Shown: one piece after another, positions 1 to 13,517 of the stretch
How positions within the stretch are numbered: the stretch's first letter is position 1
Layout of the letters: each line of letters opens with the position of its first letter
Source of the DNA: Octopus bimaculoides
Lineage: Eukaryota
DNA: 64,000 nt
Reading direction: 5' to 3'
Assembly (NCBI RefSeq): GCF_001194135.2
Contig: NC_068984.1
Location: 36,995,971 to 37,059,970 of the forward strand
Notes under the pieces: generated by a model
What the model was told of the DNA's origin: nothing
The model's database searches: none
The model's input: the letters and a program-made list of their open reading frames with translations, nothing else
Translations under genes and position numbers: made by a program

Positions 1-350
1 ATCTTCTTCCACCACAATCTTGCGAGAGTTGTGGAGATGAGTTTTCAAGCACGCCATCCATTGGGTCCTGTAAGAAGCAGATGTTTCAAACTGATCCGGC
101 TGTATCCACAAGCGAGACCGACCGAGCTGTTATCCAACCATCGTATTTGTGATCTACCAACTGGATCTCTTGAGGGTTGGTTTTTCCCGTAAAACCTCTT
201 CGGCGATTCTTTCCCGAAACATTTCTTATCACACGCTCGTAGCATCAGAACTGTGATTCCTCAATTCGGAGAAGTAGCGGCTCTACATGTAGCGCCCTCT
301 GATCTCCAACTTACGCATCCAATCGATTAACGTTACTCCACAGATCCTTT
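1..350 (-). mobile_element. RTE-clade LINE, 3' ORF fragment (decayed)
   Basis: Minus-strand translation RALHVEPLLLRIEESQF*CYERVIR then, after a frameshift, DPVGRSQIRWLDN...GWRA. This resembles the RTE C-terminal pattern EPLLLRIERSQLRWFGHV.RM...RPVGRPR.RW. Confidence 0.7.
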
Positions 351-379
351 GGTGTATACCCGTCTCAGTTGCTTTTACT

Positions 380-2200
380 CGTGATTGTATTTTATGTATC
401 TATATACCTTTTTTTCTGGTAGGTGATAAAGGATATATCAATAATTATTGACCGATTATTCCGGATTGTTGTACCAATGTGTGCTGGCATATCTCATAGT
501 ATGGTGTCTGTATAATTCTTTTCTGTAGAAGGCCCTTATTTTCTCCTTCTTTATGTTTCATAGTCTTGGTGTAGCATCCAATTTATGTATGTCGCAACAG
601 TATCATACTTGTTAATGTGTCCTTTCTTAATTAAAACTAGGAATGCAGAGATAATATAGTTAATTGATCCTTCCTCAATTTCATATGTTCCACAATTATT
701 GTATTCTACTTCATTTTCTGAGATTTTGGTAGTTTCTGGTAGGGAAGCTTTGATCATGTAACACGATCAAAAATCCTTTAGTCTCAGCTTTGACTACACT
801 GATTCTCTACTAATGTTGTGGCTTTCCTTTGTCTACTTCCATTCTGTTCAGTTTTTTCAGTTATTGATAGGAGGTTTTCCTGTCATCGCTTTATCGTAGT
901 ATTTTGCAACCCTATTTTAAACTTATATTATAGATTTCTTTTTATTTCTATTTGCAATTTTTTATCGTTTCTTCTTTTCTTTATAACTTGTTTTCGTTTC
1001 TGCCTCTGTTTGTTGGCTTCCTTGAAGAAATACAATTTTCTTTTTCTTTTATTTTTTTTGTAGCTATTTGTATTAGGTTTCCATTATTCTTTACTAGATA
1101 TTTGTGGAATCATACAAAGGACATAATAGTTTTGTAGATACAAAAGCATTCTATCTCTGTGTGTTTTGTAGCAAATATAATCTTTCTATATCAGATTTCA
1201 AGCAATATATCCAAAATCTAGATATTATTTTTCTTATTTCTCCAGTCTAGTCTTGCTAGTTAATTTACTGAGCTATAACTGTAACTTATATAAACATAAC
1301 TATAATTTATTGCCAGGATAGCTAGAGAATTGATGCATATTGTATTATTTGTAACATTTAGCTCTGTTTAAGTAATAATCTAATGCGGCTAAAATATTCC
1401 GTTTACATGTGTGTTGTAAACGGCCACGTTCAATGATTTTCCAGTATTTGTATGTCTGCGTTTGGTCTAATTCTCTCATCCCTGTCTATCCTGATATTAA
1501 TTTGTTTTTACCTTCTTCAAATTTACTCAGGCAAATAATTCTCATCTAAATCTAATATCAATGTCTGTGGTAAACACATGTACGATCCGCAGAAGTGTTT
1601 CTAATTGCTTATTTTCTCTGTTATCGGATGCAACCTACACTTGAGATTGTCTACATACAAAAGATTATCAAGTGCCCAACTGTTGCATTTATACCCGAGC
1701 AGAAAAGCCTAAACTGTCGTTTAAATACGCGAGTGTCAAACCAAAAAGGAGAGAAGAGAGAAAATCTCTTATTCTAATGGGTTTGAAGTTAACCTCTAAA
1801 ATTCTATCTTTTGTTTATATCTCTAAGATTGCTTTCGTATTACACATGACAATTTCCATGTATCGTACGAATGAGGCTGCCTTAATCATAGCTACAGTGT
1901 CCCCCGGATTTCTTTATGAGGAAAACTGTGAAAAGATTGATAGTCAATTCATGCAATGTTCAGGCCCTTTTTTTCAGCCGTTGGTTATATTTTGCTTTGC
2001 TGTAATGAATCTTTACGTCCATATCAACATTTGTATTAACGTTATTAATCTCCTAAAATCAGGTTTGTATTAAATTTCTACGAGGTAATTGCCAGTAGGG
2101 TTTTGTTGGCTGTAGGGATACAGATAACAGATTAGTAGATAATAGGATTCACTATTTATGTTTGAGGAAGTGAAAGTATGGCACTTAGTTTTGAGAGTTT
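380..2200 (-). mobile_element. R4/Dong-like (RLE-type) non-LTR retrotransposon, RT to C-terminal region, heavily decayed
   Basis: Motifs occur in the expected order across frameshifts: Y*SVICIPTANKTL (YRPITCLPT), LLYVDNLK (decayed YxDD, ~1650), TELNVTNNTICINSLA, VKAETKGFLIVLHDQSFPTRNY, SINYIISAFLVL...KYDTVATYINW (decayed zinc-knuckle region). Confidence 0.85.
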
Positions 2201-2309
2201 GCTGACATATGTTGGCACTAGACGAAACTGTGTGCTCTCAGAAATATTCATACTGTAATCAGAACGAAGAGAAAATCATAAACCAACTCATTTCAAATTC
2301 AAAATTATT

Positions 2310-2625
2310 ATTATTAACAATATTATTTCTCTTTATCATAGATATTTTTGGAACTCCGGGAGATTTGCATGCGTAGCGGACTTGTTAGCTGCAGCCTACG
2401 GTACCATGCCACCCGTTCTTTACAGCTATCTAATACTTTGCTGAACATTCTCGCCGTGTCAAGGAGGTAAAACTTTTGTAACCATTCTAGTGGACACTCT
2501 ATTCCAATTTCCTTTATATTCCCCTTGATGCTTCTGATATTTTCCCCAAGAACCCAACAATATTTGGCGCTGTCTTCACCCTCTGCATTTTCCATAGCCA
2601 AGATTTAGTTGTGTCGATTTACTCT
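2310..2625 (-). mobile_element. 3' end of a second R4/Dong-like element
   Basis: WLWKMQRVKTAPNIVGFLGKI and LQKFYLLDTARMFSKVLDS resemble the R4/Dong terminal motifs VVVGALG and LQK..LLGTARILRKVL. A short (AAT)n follows on the minus strand. Confidence 0.75.
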
Positions 2626-2662
2626 GCTTATTTGCATTTATGTTATTGGACGGTTAAATATT

Positions 2663-3051
2663 GTTGTTGTTGTTGGCACTCCGTCGCTTACGACGACGAG
2701 GTTTCCAGTTGATCCGATCAACAGAACAACCTACTCGTGAAATTAATGTGCAAGTGGCTGAGCACACCACAGACACGTGTACCCTTAACGTACTTCTCGG
2801 GGAAATTTAGCGTGACACAGTGTGACAAGGCTGACCCTTTGAATTACAGGGACACTAGAAACAGGAAGAAAGAGTGAGAGAAAGTTGCGGTGGAAGAGTA
2901 CAGCAGGGTTCGCCACCATCCCTTGCCGGAGCTTCGTGGAGCTTTAGGTGTTTTCGCTCAATAAACACTCACAACGCCCGGTCTGGGAATCGAAACCACG
3001 ATCCTATGACCGCGAGTCCGCTGCCCTAACCACTGGGCCATTGCGCCTCCG
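2663..3051 (-). mobile_element. Full-length tRNA-derived SINE with 12-bp TSD
   Basis: Minus strand starts GGAGGCGCAATGGCCCAGTGG (A box), has GGTTTCGATTCC (B box), a 3' hairpin CGTCG-TAAG-CGACG and a (CAA)n tail. TSD CGGTTAAATATT at 2651-2662 and 3052-3063. Closely related copy at 13518-13908. Confidence 0.92.
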
Positions 3052-3149
3052 CGGTTAAATATTAGGTGAAACTTAATCTATGGAGACGTTTCAGTAATGG
3101 TATTACAATGGGAAATACCGGATGAACAGAATTGTTATCATTAAGCAAC

Positions 3150-3850
3150 TGGCTTGATAACTTAACATCGTTTTATTTCAATATGATGCACGAGTTGCCC
3201 ATACTCTGTGACAGATGTATTAAGATATAAAGACTGAGTAAAATAACCCTAGCTGTAGAAAAAATAAAAGAGTCGTAAGCAGAGGTTACGAAACTCGGCG
3301 TCCTTTCTCTGCTATCGTATCAAATTGGTCATCTGTACTCTTCAGTACCTAATACTTTAAAAAAACAAAGAAGCATTATAAGGTCGTTGTACATCGTTTG
3401 CAAATGACAATCTGATGACTCGAGGAACAAAAGATATCAAATAATGTATTTCTGGATACACTATACCTGAAAATAAGACGGAATATTCACGGTTGGAATG
3501 TCTGTGATGATAGATTTGCCCGTTCATTGCTGATCCGAGGACAGCGCGGACAATATTAAAATAAAGACGTTGTAATCTACTTGAAGACTGAAAACCACCA
3601 TGTTGTTAGTTAGATTATTAACAGTTGACCAAGATTACTGAAAAACGTCAACACAAAAGCAACAATATATCAAACCTACAAATTTATATGATAAACCTGC
3701 ATTCACCACTTCAGTGTATCGGAGCACTGTACTTTTGACCTGCTATAGCAGAGTAATGTGAAATTTTAATTTTGCTTTCGTTCCTTCCAAAAATCGAACA
3801 TCACCTAGAGGCAAGCTGGCTGACACCATAGTCAAATTATAAAGTGACTC
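3150..3850 (+). mobile_element. Possible very decayed R4/Dong-like RT fragment
   Basis: Only weak motifs: WLDNLTSFY, TRGTKDIK (cf. SRGTKDQL), SPLQCIGAL (cf. SPLLFCLAL), with many stops. Confidence 0.3.
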
Positions 3851-5445
3851 ACTTCAGATTAAAAGGCTTCCACGTAGCTTGGCAGGCGTTATTAGCATCC
3901 CATGCCACCCTCCGATCAGTGTAGCTTGAATCACAATATAACAGCTGTTAAAAATCATTAAATACATGCACGAACCTTTGACCCGACAATGTATCTGAAA
4001 GATCGATTTTTCCACTCGATGTCATCATGATTGGTAACTCGAAATTAAGTTCCTGTCATGTTTCAGACTCCAAACAAAAGTTTTACACGTATTTTACTAT
4101 TTAAATAAATAACAAGTCTTATTAAAAAAAATTTGGAGCTTTAATCAGGAATGAATATCACGTGTATGTTGATTATTTTCCTTTCAGTTTTGTATTTGGT
4201 TATTTATTCACTTATGGCTAATTCACTTAACCCCGTTAATTAAGACATCGAAATCAAACAATCAGATTTTACAGTATGAAAGGAAACAGGATGGTGTGTT
4301 TTTAGCATTTTCGATTTACTACGTAGCAAAGTGAAAGCAAAATAATAAAGAAAAAATTGTAGGTTTTAAACAGTAGATTTTAACCAGCTTCTCCTCCGTA
4401 ACGATAATTGAAGCTGGCCGAGTTGATAGCTAATTTGATTCTAACCGTGAATGCCGGTAGTTCGTATTCTGACAGCAGCACCATTACTTAATGACAATGA
4501 AAGCAAATTTTCTATAGCATAATCAAACATGGACCGTAAGTTGTTAAATTTAAAGAGTGTTGTTGTTTTTTTTTTTACGACTTATCTCGAATAACTTCAT
4601 GCGAATTTAGTTTGGTGAAAAATGGCTCTCAACCTCATTGAATCGAAATCCAGATATATTGTACAAATATTATGTCGCTGAATAGTTTATCGATGAGGCG
4701 ACCAAAAGGCCGTCGTCAATTATCACCATATGTCGTTGAAATACTACAGTTGCTAAGCGGTCATTCAACTAGTTATTCTCTTCATAGAATCGTTATAATA
4801 ACAAAAAGAATACTAAAAGGAAATTCAAAAATAGATTAACGTAACTTTCCAAGTCGCTAAAAGTCCGACTTAAATACCAATGGCTGTCAAGGTCTACGTT
4901 AAGTAAGAGTATTTTACTAAAACCCATACATTCTTCTAAGGCAAGATATCCCTCGTTATATAACTAATGCTTTATTGTGTTTATCTATCAAAGGTGTTTC
5001 CAAATTACTGCTTAAGATAAAAAGAACGTAGAATATTTCCTACTGAGCCGTACGTAGAGCACGAAGGCAGCGGGGTAGCAATTTAGTGCATATATTTTTA
5101 GGAGTTCTTTATCTGCTGCATCTTAACCACTTTAATAGACAAAGCAATAGCTAGCTCTAAAACAATGTTTGTTTACGGACACCAAATAATCTTCAGAATC
5201 AGAAATCTAACATAAACACCTAGATATGTAAGAATTTGTTTTTGACAATAGCGAAACTACACAATGGTGTAAGTGGAGCTGTAGTCTATCTAATCAAAGT
5301 TTTGTATGACAGCACTACGTCACACATAATTACACCAAATTATTGACACACTCCTGTATACATGTATATACACACGCACATATATATATAATTACAGACA
5401 TGCGCACACATATACGTACAAGTATATGTATACGCATATTTATAT

Positions 5446-5481
<36 letters not shown>

Positions 5482-5577
5482 NNNNNNNNNNNNNNNNNNN
5501 NNNNNNNNNNNNNNNNNNNNNNNNNNNNNNNNNNNNNNNNNNNNNNNNNNNNNNNNNNNNNNNNNNNNNNNNNNNNN

Positions 5578-5636
<59 letters not shown>
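5578..5636. repeat. (TG)n microsatellite; (TA)n lies on the other side of the N gap 5482-5577
   Basis: Read directly. Confidence 0.97.
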
Positions 5637-5639
<3 letters not shown>

Positions 5640-6169
5640 ATGTAAAAACTGTTTGATTCGACCCCATGCAAATTTAAGTTTCGTAGATTCGTCATATGTA
5701 CCAAGTGCCTACGCTTAAGCGACTGAACGGAGAGGTGAAGCAAGTTCGAAATGGCGACTGGAGATTGAGCTGCTGTAACTCAAGATGGGTCACATGGTGT
5801 TGATATTGGTATTGAAATATCAGCAACGTTATGAAGAAAACCACATTTGTATTTCTCCAACTACGTTGTAAGGCAGGTTGTTGGTGGCTCCTCGCTGACT
5901 AGATAATGAGGTGAGAACTTTTAGCGATACCAGCTACCAGAGTGGATGCGTGTGAGTGTGATATACATGCTGTATGAATGTGGTGCGTGAGTGTGGGTAT
6001 ATGGCGCATAAAAATGTGCATCTGGTGTGTGTGCGTGTGTATCTCTGCGAGTGACATGATGTCAGTTTGAGATCTATGCGGGAAGCGGTTAGATACCCTC
6101 CCCTTCATATATATTCTTTAGAAATCCTTCGAAAGTAAATCGATGGTTTACTAAGTACGAGTAGTGATC

Positions 6170-6950
6170 TACGAAAATTTACATTCTCTCGATTCCCAGT
6201 AATTCAGACCGACTCGTGGTCCCAACAGACAAACTGGAAAAGGAATTGCCCTGGAGAATGGTGCTGGAGATTCGCTGGAACAGCTGCTCTGACTCACGGA
6301 CTTGCATTTGCAGATAGCCATCTCTGCCTCGATAGCAGTGAGCAGCGTCCAGGGGCCGTGAACGCAAGAGGTCTCCACTGGCACAGGCTCGACGATAAAC
6401 ATGTCAGAGAGTGATCGATATTTTATCAATATGTTTTTCTCAATTTCATCCTGAACGCACCAATTCATTGCTGGAGAAGGTGCCACAGCATATGTATCCC
6501 AGATGAGGTGCCTATCGTCACGGAACGAGAAAATTGTCATATTGTCAGGCCTTTCATCTCCCCTTCGGTATAGTCCCTCCGCTGGTCTGAGCTGAGAAGG
6601 GAAGCCTTTGGCGTCTAAGCTATGCTTTATGATTTCATTAAGTGTGGCATTGCGTGGAATGCCGTATCATATCATTATATGATATGACAATGGGGAGAAA
6701 CCGAAAGAAACACCAGTGGATCTGCAGCGGAATTTGTGAGGCAAATATTCTGAAGATACTGGAGATCGAATCCAAGATACACCACCTTAGACTGTTGGCG
6801 ATCACTTGCTCGAAGTTCACGAGAAGGTGTTTAACTGATGGCAAAACCAGGCAAGTCGTTTTTTTTATTGGTGGGTACTGCAGATTAGTGGAGAAAACGC
6901 AGTCTTTCGCAGAATCCGAGCTGGCAATTACGGGCACCGGTTAAGTAAGG
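6170..6950 (-). mobile_element. CRE-clade non-LTR retrotransposon, 3' fragment (zinc knuckle plus restriction-like endonuclease)
   Basis: LPHKFRCR...FSPLS, then IPRNATLNEIIKHSLDAKGFPSQLRPAEGLYRRGDERPDNMTIFSFRDDRHLIWD...KYRSLSDMFIVEPVPVETSCVHGP. This resembles the CRE pattern RHAALND.IKRAL..AG.PS.LEP.GL.RGDGKRPDG.T.FPF..G..L.WD...KY..L......P.A.ET.G..GP. Confidence 0.82.
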
Positions 6951-8417
6951 TGAGGATCTGTTAGTGATGCTCCATTCATAACATATGTCGCGATATATGA
7001 ATCTGCGTGATTTCTGTGTGAGTATGCATATATATTGTTTTAAATAATCGAAGAAGGTATATAGAAAGAAAAAAGTTAGGAAACATAAATAATATATCGA
7101 GAAAAATATATTTCATTATTTAATACATTGCACTTTGAAATCAATTACATATTTATATCGATTATTTTAGTATATTGTGTTTCTCATGCTTTGTATTTTT
7201 TGTTTATACTAATAAATTTAGATTTTGAGTTTTGTAGTTTTGTAATTTTTGTTTAAAATAAATCTATATAACAGCAGCAAACTGGTTCAATAATTAATCC
7301 ATTACTCTGACACATCTATGTCTTAAAAAGATCTTTTTTTAAATTTGCTTCAATTTTTTATTGTATATGTGTGCAAATCTTCTATTTATTTATTTTTTTG
7401 CGAGTGTTTTTATATGCGCGCGCACCAAAACACAGAGAGCTTAGACATTAGAAAAATACAATAAACATGAAGACATTACAAAATATATAAAAGAAGAATA
7501 TCGACATGACTAATAGATACATAAGAATATCTTGGGGACATTTATGTCAAATAGAATTTTAGTTTACGTGAGAAAGATTTGCAATCATTTTACTGTCTGA
7601 AATAAATGAGAAAGCAATGAGATAATACGAATAGTATGAATATATACAGATATATTCTTCAATGTATATATGNNNNNNNNNNNNNNNNNNNNNNNNNNNN
7701 NNNNNNNNNNNNNNNNNNNNNNNNNNNNNNNNNNNNNNNNNNNNNNNNNNNNNNNNNNNNNNNNNNNNNNNNNNNNNNNNNNNNNNNNNNNNNNNNNNNN
7801 NNNNNNNNNNNNNNNNNNNNNNNNNNNNNNNNNNNNNNNNNNNNNNNNNNNNNNNNNNNNNNNNNNNNNNNNNNNNNNNNNNNNNNNNNNNNNNNGCGCG
7901 TGTGTGTTCATAGTGAAATATACGTTATCTATATAAAGCACGCACTCTCGTTCACCGATTCATATAAATATTAAAATATATTCTCTAACAGATTTTTTGA
8001 CCAAATCTTCTCTTCCTGTTCCCTCTCTCTCTCCTCTCTCTCTCTCTCTTCCCACTCCCTCTCCCCCTCTCTTCTCTCTATCTCTCTTTTTTTCTCTCTC
8101 TCGCTCTCTTATATTTCTCTCTCTCATGTATGTTCGTTTCTAAGTATGCATATGCCAGTGCGCATTAGTATCTTCAAGTGTGTATATTTATGTTTGTATA
8201 TATTGATGTGTGTGTGAGTGTGTGTGTATGTGTGTGTTTGTGTGAGTGTGTGTGTGTGTGTCTGAATGTCAGTATTTACTGCAGTACTTGTGTGTGCCGG
8301 TGTATCGTTACTATGGTAGATATCAATTGACACATGTGATTCACACAAAAATGTGTGTTAGTGTGGGTGGGTGTCGTGTGTGTGCTTGTGTTTGTGTGTG
8401 TGTATGTGTGTATTTGT

Positions 8418-8448
<31 letters not shown>

Positions 8449-8549
8449 CGTGGGTGTGGGTGGCATTATAAATTGCAGCTGCTTATTAACATCTTTTTTT
8501 CGAAAGAATCATATGCTATAAACTTACACTCCGTAATTTTTTTTGTTTT

Positions 8550-9125
8550 ATTTTGATATTTTTACAAATTTTGTAGAAGAAACGGTTTTCTTCACTACGT
8601 AATGATTAATAAAAATGCATTTTATGTATTAGAGACGTAACTTTGCAACTAATTTTTGCTGTTGTATTTCTCCTTTATATCTTAGGTGTTCGTTCCGTGT
8701 AAATGTCGGTGCAATGGTTTTTGACGCTTCCGTATATTGCTTTGATTGTTGATGAGACTCAACTCTGCACTACTTCACCAGATCAATAATCAGGATCATT
8801 CAGGCTCTGATCATCTTCCATCTAAAATATCATAGCGTGATCTTAGTTTTATTTGACTGCTAATGACATGCCCAGCAGATTATTCGACCGCTCACGCTAA
8901 TCCGTTGATTCGATCCAGCGAAGTTGTGGGATTATTGATGATGGAGACATGAGAATAGTTTATGGTATTTCTTTTATCTATGAATATTATTCATATTTCT
9001 GTTCCATCTGATTGATTACCATGTTAGATTTGAATATTGATTTATAATTAACTAGGCACAAAGCCCTTATTTAATAGAAGAGGAAATTGTAAACATGAGA
9101 CCCATGCACATCTCAAAAGCATTAA
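8550..9125 (-). mobile_element. Possible piggyBac-like 5' remnant
   Basis: Acidic MEDDQSLNDPDY-like stretch, IFINHYVVKKTVSST (weakly like LF.DD.I...IV..TN) and a TTAA near 9122. Weak support. Confidence 0.22.
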
Positions 9126-9410
9126 CCGCGTAAGTTAAATTATATGTCGTCATATTGAATATGGATATTGACTTCATGGTTCCAAACATTATGGAACTTA
9201 TTTCACAATTTATGTCACTTCCAATATTATTTTTCGTATCGATTTGGTTTCAATAGTCAAGAGACCAATATTTGCAGAGGAAAATTGTATTTCGGTTTCA
9301 ATCGAAAGCACTATATAATTCACGCACGATGATATAAAAAAACAACTTTGGCAATTGAACGTACGCATTTGTATGTAAATATACATACATAAATACATAA
9401 ATACATACAA

Positions 9411-9449
<39 letters not shown>

Positions 9450-9899
9450 NNNNNNNNNNNNNNNNNNNNNNNNNNNNNNNNNNNNNNNNNNNNNNNNNNN
9501 NNNNNNNNNNNNNNNNNNNNNNNNNNNNNNNNNNNNNNNNNNNNNNNNNNNNNNNNNNNNNNNNNNNNNNNNNATATATATATATATATGTATGTATGTA
9601 TCCTTATAGAATGATATTCCTTTACTTGTTTCAGTCATTGAAGTGAAGCTATCCTGGGATAACGATTCCAATCGCTTTAGTTGAAACAACCGACCTCACA
9701 TACACATTTTCTGTTTGATACATATTTCATGAGTTTCGTCTAACCGAATCGCTTATTTTGGGGGACGTCTGCCCCGTTATCATTCGTTCTAGCTTGTTCA
9801 GTATGACACCATTCACTCTTCTTCAACATATCATTAGTCCAACCTGCTCTATCATCTAAATCTGCTGATGAACATTCTGCTTCGGGTCTTCATTATCCA

Positions 9900-10620
9900 G
9901 AGAATCTGCAGTTTTGTTACTGTCAAATTTTCAATATCAATCATAATGTTGTAACCATACCAAAATTACTTCACAATTCGTTTACTTACATTATGCGCCG
10001 TTATTAGTAAATATAGAACGTAGCAATAACACTTAGTTCCAAAGGATGACTCATCCGAGTTGTTTTGAAGAAGAAAAGCTACTTCAACGTTATCTTTTAG
10101 TTCACCTATGTTAGATGCGTGACCTGAAACATACTCCACATGAAGCAAAGCTTTGTTTTTTAGGGTTCTTATCCTGACAAAATTCTTTGATGGATCGGCA
10201 GAAATCCAAAATAAATCTGTTTTGATAATCCTCTGTTCGTTGTTTGATCGCCACTTAACAGGAAGGTGAATTTTAGAGTATCATCTCATAGGCATTTGTA
10301 TGTCCAATTAGTAAACATTGGCTTCTGTTTGGGATCTGAAGTATTATCACTAATAGAGTAATACAGCTTTTGTAGCATTGAAACGAAGTGCTGAGTTTTG
10401 TTCCTTAGAAATGTACGTTATTTTAGCATTCGATTTCAAAACAAGCCAATCACGAAGATTACTGCGCGGTGTAAATCCATCAGCAATAAAGTTCACCGTG
10501 AATCAAGTAGAGCAGCTGCTCCTTCTTTGTCGCCACGTGAAGAGTTTCCTGCCGTCTGTGTATTAAGCAATATTTACCGATACTTAAAACGCTGGAATCG
10601 ATCGTGTGTTGTCATGATGT
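9900..10620 (-). mobile_element. pogo/Tigger-like DDE transposase fossil
   Basis: FQRFKYR, FIADGFT...GLF*NRM (cf. GGY.PEQVFN.DETGLFWKRMP), SGHASNIGELKDNVEVAFLLQN and PLELSVIATF (cf. LDNAPGHP......N..V.FLPPNTTS.IQPMDQGVIATFK). Confidence 0.72.
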
Positions 10621-12067
10621 TTTCATTCTTAAGTCTATAAACCAGTGTTTACTTTACACTAACCACAAAGATTTCATTGATAGAGATGTCGCAAACATTT
10701 AGAGTTACACTGATGCATGTCCTTTGTCCATATGTTGAGAAGAATTTAAATTTTTCCCATTATGCTACTTCTCTTCCTAATTAACTTTGCATAAGACGCT
10801 ACACATTAAGCATGTGTTTTAAGTTTTTCAGCATTATAGTAAATTGTTCCTGTTGACCAAAAACAGAAAGCTCCTCCATCACTTACAGCTCACTGTCCAT
10901 CATCGAACATACTGAACACCTCATATATGTTTTAATATTAGACTTAGTTGCCTCTGTTTCCACAATAGGTGTGCATACTATACGTGCTTTAACTGCCATC
11001 GTATCAAGAAGAAATCAAGGAAGAAATATTTCCTAAGCAAGAAATTGTTGATTCGATCTCCACAGCTACTCTGTTCTAAGCCAAACACCATGAAAAAAAT
11101 AGTTTTTAAATAGCTTGTTTCTAGTCCAGAAAACTTCTTAACAGTTCGCCATTCCAGAGCCTTCTTTCTAATTTCTGCACTTGCTCCTCTCAGCGTTTAT
11201 TTATTTATTTGATGGAACTTATAATATCATTTAATACCATGTCGACCTGGTTAACAGAAAGACAAATTGTTACTACAAAAACGAACATTTAATATTTTGC
11301 ACTCCGTACTTCTAGCAACTCGAATAGACGGAGCTCAGGCACTGTATTAATTTGTTTCTCTATAATACAACTTCATGCTTCAGGTTTTACCCTTTACCTT
11401 ACATTTTACGTATCTCAGGTTTAAAGCATTGTCATATCTTAAAACAGTTACACCTGTACGAAGCAGGAGGTAGATGTATAAATATTACATTTTAAATGAT
11501 GTTCGTGGAAGTAAAACATTGAATGACTAGTTTAGATATTCATTATTGCATTGATATTTATTTATTTATATCACACTGAAATGAAAACGCAGCAAATACG
11601 AAAAGAGACAAAAAAATTGACAAAAGCAAAGTTTCAAGTAGAGAGGCGTACATTTTACGAATTGATATTTTAGATTCCTTGCTTTTATCCTATTCTTGCA
11701 TTGACGTCATAACGAAGCAACATTGAGGACTCTATCTTTCTCTTGTCTCTCTTCCGGTCTCTCTATCTATTTATATCTATCTTCACGCGCACATGCATGT
11801 ATATGTATATATATATATCAACGTTATTAAATACTCTACTGAATATTTGGCGTTCTAAATAGGAAAACCAATTACCCAACGAGTGAAGTTACCAGTACCA
11901 GTATCTCTTTCTATGCTTGAGTACTATACAGTCAACCGTTGTAGATTGCCGGCATCTAAACCAATTTGAGAGTTAATACGGTATCCACCAGGATAACTTA
12001 TCGCATTTATACTCTCTCTCCTCTTCTCTCTCTCTTCCTCTCTCCTCTTCTCTCTGTCTTCCTCTCA

Positions 12068-12133
<66 letters not shown>

Positions 12134-12194
12134 GGAAAGAAAAGGACTAAAGGAACCCTATCTTTTGGACCTAAAATTTCATAAGATAGGGTTT

Positions 12195-12310
12195 GCGGAT
12201 TCTGTGGCGAATATATTCACTTCGCTGGACGGGGTGCCGATGCATCGCAAGAATACTCATTTTTCAACAGCTGCGTGGAGTCTGCTGCAGGAATCGAAAC
12301 CACGGGCCTC
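12195..12310 (-). mobile_element. SINE fragment, same family as 42385-42600
   Basis: Reverse complement reads AAAAATGAGTATTCTTGCGATGCATCGGCACCCCGTCCAG, matching AAAAATGAGTAATCCTGCGACGGACCCTCGCCCCGTCCAG at ~42515-42555. Confidence 0.6.
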
Positions 12311-12689
12311 TACATACATATGCATATATGTATATGAATGTATATGTGTATGTATATGTGTATGAATGTATATGTATATGTATATGTGTATGTATTTGCC
12401 TGTTTGTGTGTGCGCGCGCGTTTTTGGGTGTCTATTAATTATCAGTATCACATGCATAATGTATGTGTGTTGTTAATCGCTTTTTGTTGCGGTTTTTCGT
12501 ATAAGGCGTATAATTTTAAAAAAAAACGCTGTATACTTTAAAACCAGAAGGGAATGAGAATGACATATGTTGATATTTCACTGTATTTTCTACTCCTCGG
12601 TGTCATATTCTCACCTAACCTCCGAAGCTAATGCTGCCGGTAACACAAAATTTGAATGTGTGTGTGTTTGTGTCTGTGTGTGTGTGTGA

Positions 12690-12905
12690 GAGAGAGAGGG
12701 AGTTTATGTTTGTCTCTCAACACTACTTGACAACTGGCGTTGTCTTGCTCAGATCCCCGTCACTTATACCGATCGGCATAAGATACCGAGATCTGAGTAC
12801 CAGGCTTAAGGAGCATAATTACTGGGGTCTATTCCTTCGAGTAAAACCCTTGAAGATCGCACCTCATTATGGCTGCAGTTTAATGACTGAAACAAACAAA
12901 TAGCA
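12690..12905 (+). mobile_element. 3' half of a microsatellite-containing tRNA SINE (family of 45882-46240)
   Basis: CTTGACAAC...CCCGTCACTTA...AGTACCAGGCTTA matches the 45.9-46.2 kb copy, and ...ATGACTGAAACAA matches the tail copies at 22219-22280 and 28935-28985. Confidence 0.65.
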
Positions 12906-13517
12906 GATTTTATATNNNNNNNNNNNNNNNNNNNNNNNNNNNNNNNNNNNNNNNNNNNNNNNNNNNNNNNNNNNNNNNNNNNNNNNNNNNNNNNNNNNNN
13001 NNNNNNNNNNNNNNNNNNNNNNNNNNNNNNNNNNNNNNNNNNNNNNNNNNNNNNNNNNNNNNNNNNNNNNNNNNNNNNNNNNNNNNNNNNNNNNNNNNNN
13101 NNNNNNNNNNNNNNNNNNNNNNNNNNNNNNNNNNNNNNNNNNNNNNNNNNNNNNNNNNNNNNNNNNNNNNNNNNNNNNNNNNNNNNNNNNNNNNNNNNNN
13201 NNNNNNNNNNNGATTTCTATAGCAACTTTGTCCAGATTTATGACTCGGAAGTTTCTTCCAAGTGCAAGCCCATCGTCATTCATGAGCGAAGGGGTATTTA
13301 CCCTTCATATTTGTGCATGTGTGTGTGTGTTGTGTTATTTTGTGTTTTGTTTGCACTTACATTCATGCATGTGCATACATATACCTGGAGATATCAACAT
13401 ATATGCACGCAAAAAACTGCATTGCACACCTGTACAGATGAGCACACCACTTTACACACGCGCAATATTATCCATACACGTATACACTGATACAATGCTC
13501 TTACAATATGTGTATGT

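Noticed and set aside
3000-3051. tRNA-like heads (also ~13860-13908, 21676-21770, 42385-42450)
   Set aside because: These are SINE promoters continuing into SINE bodies; no complete cloverleaf, so not tRNA genes.
11295-11340. Hammerhead-like CTGA-GCTCCGT...ACGGAGT-GCAAA (minus strand)
   Set aside because: Both core boxes are broken and no stem I is evident.
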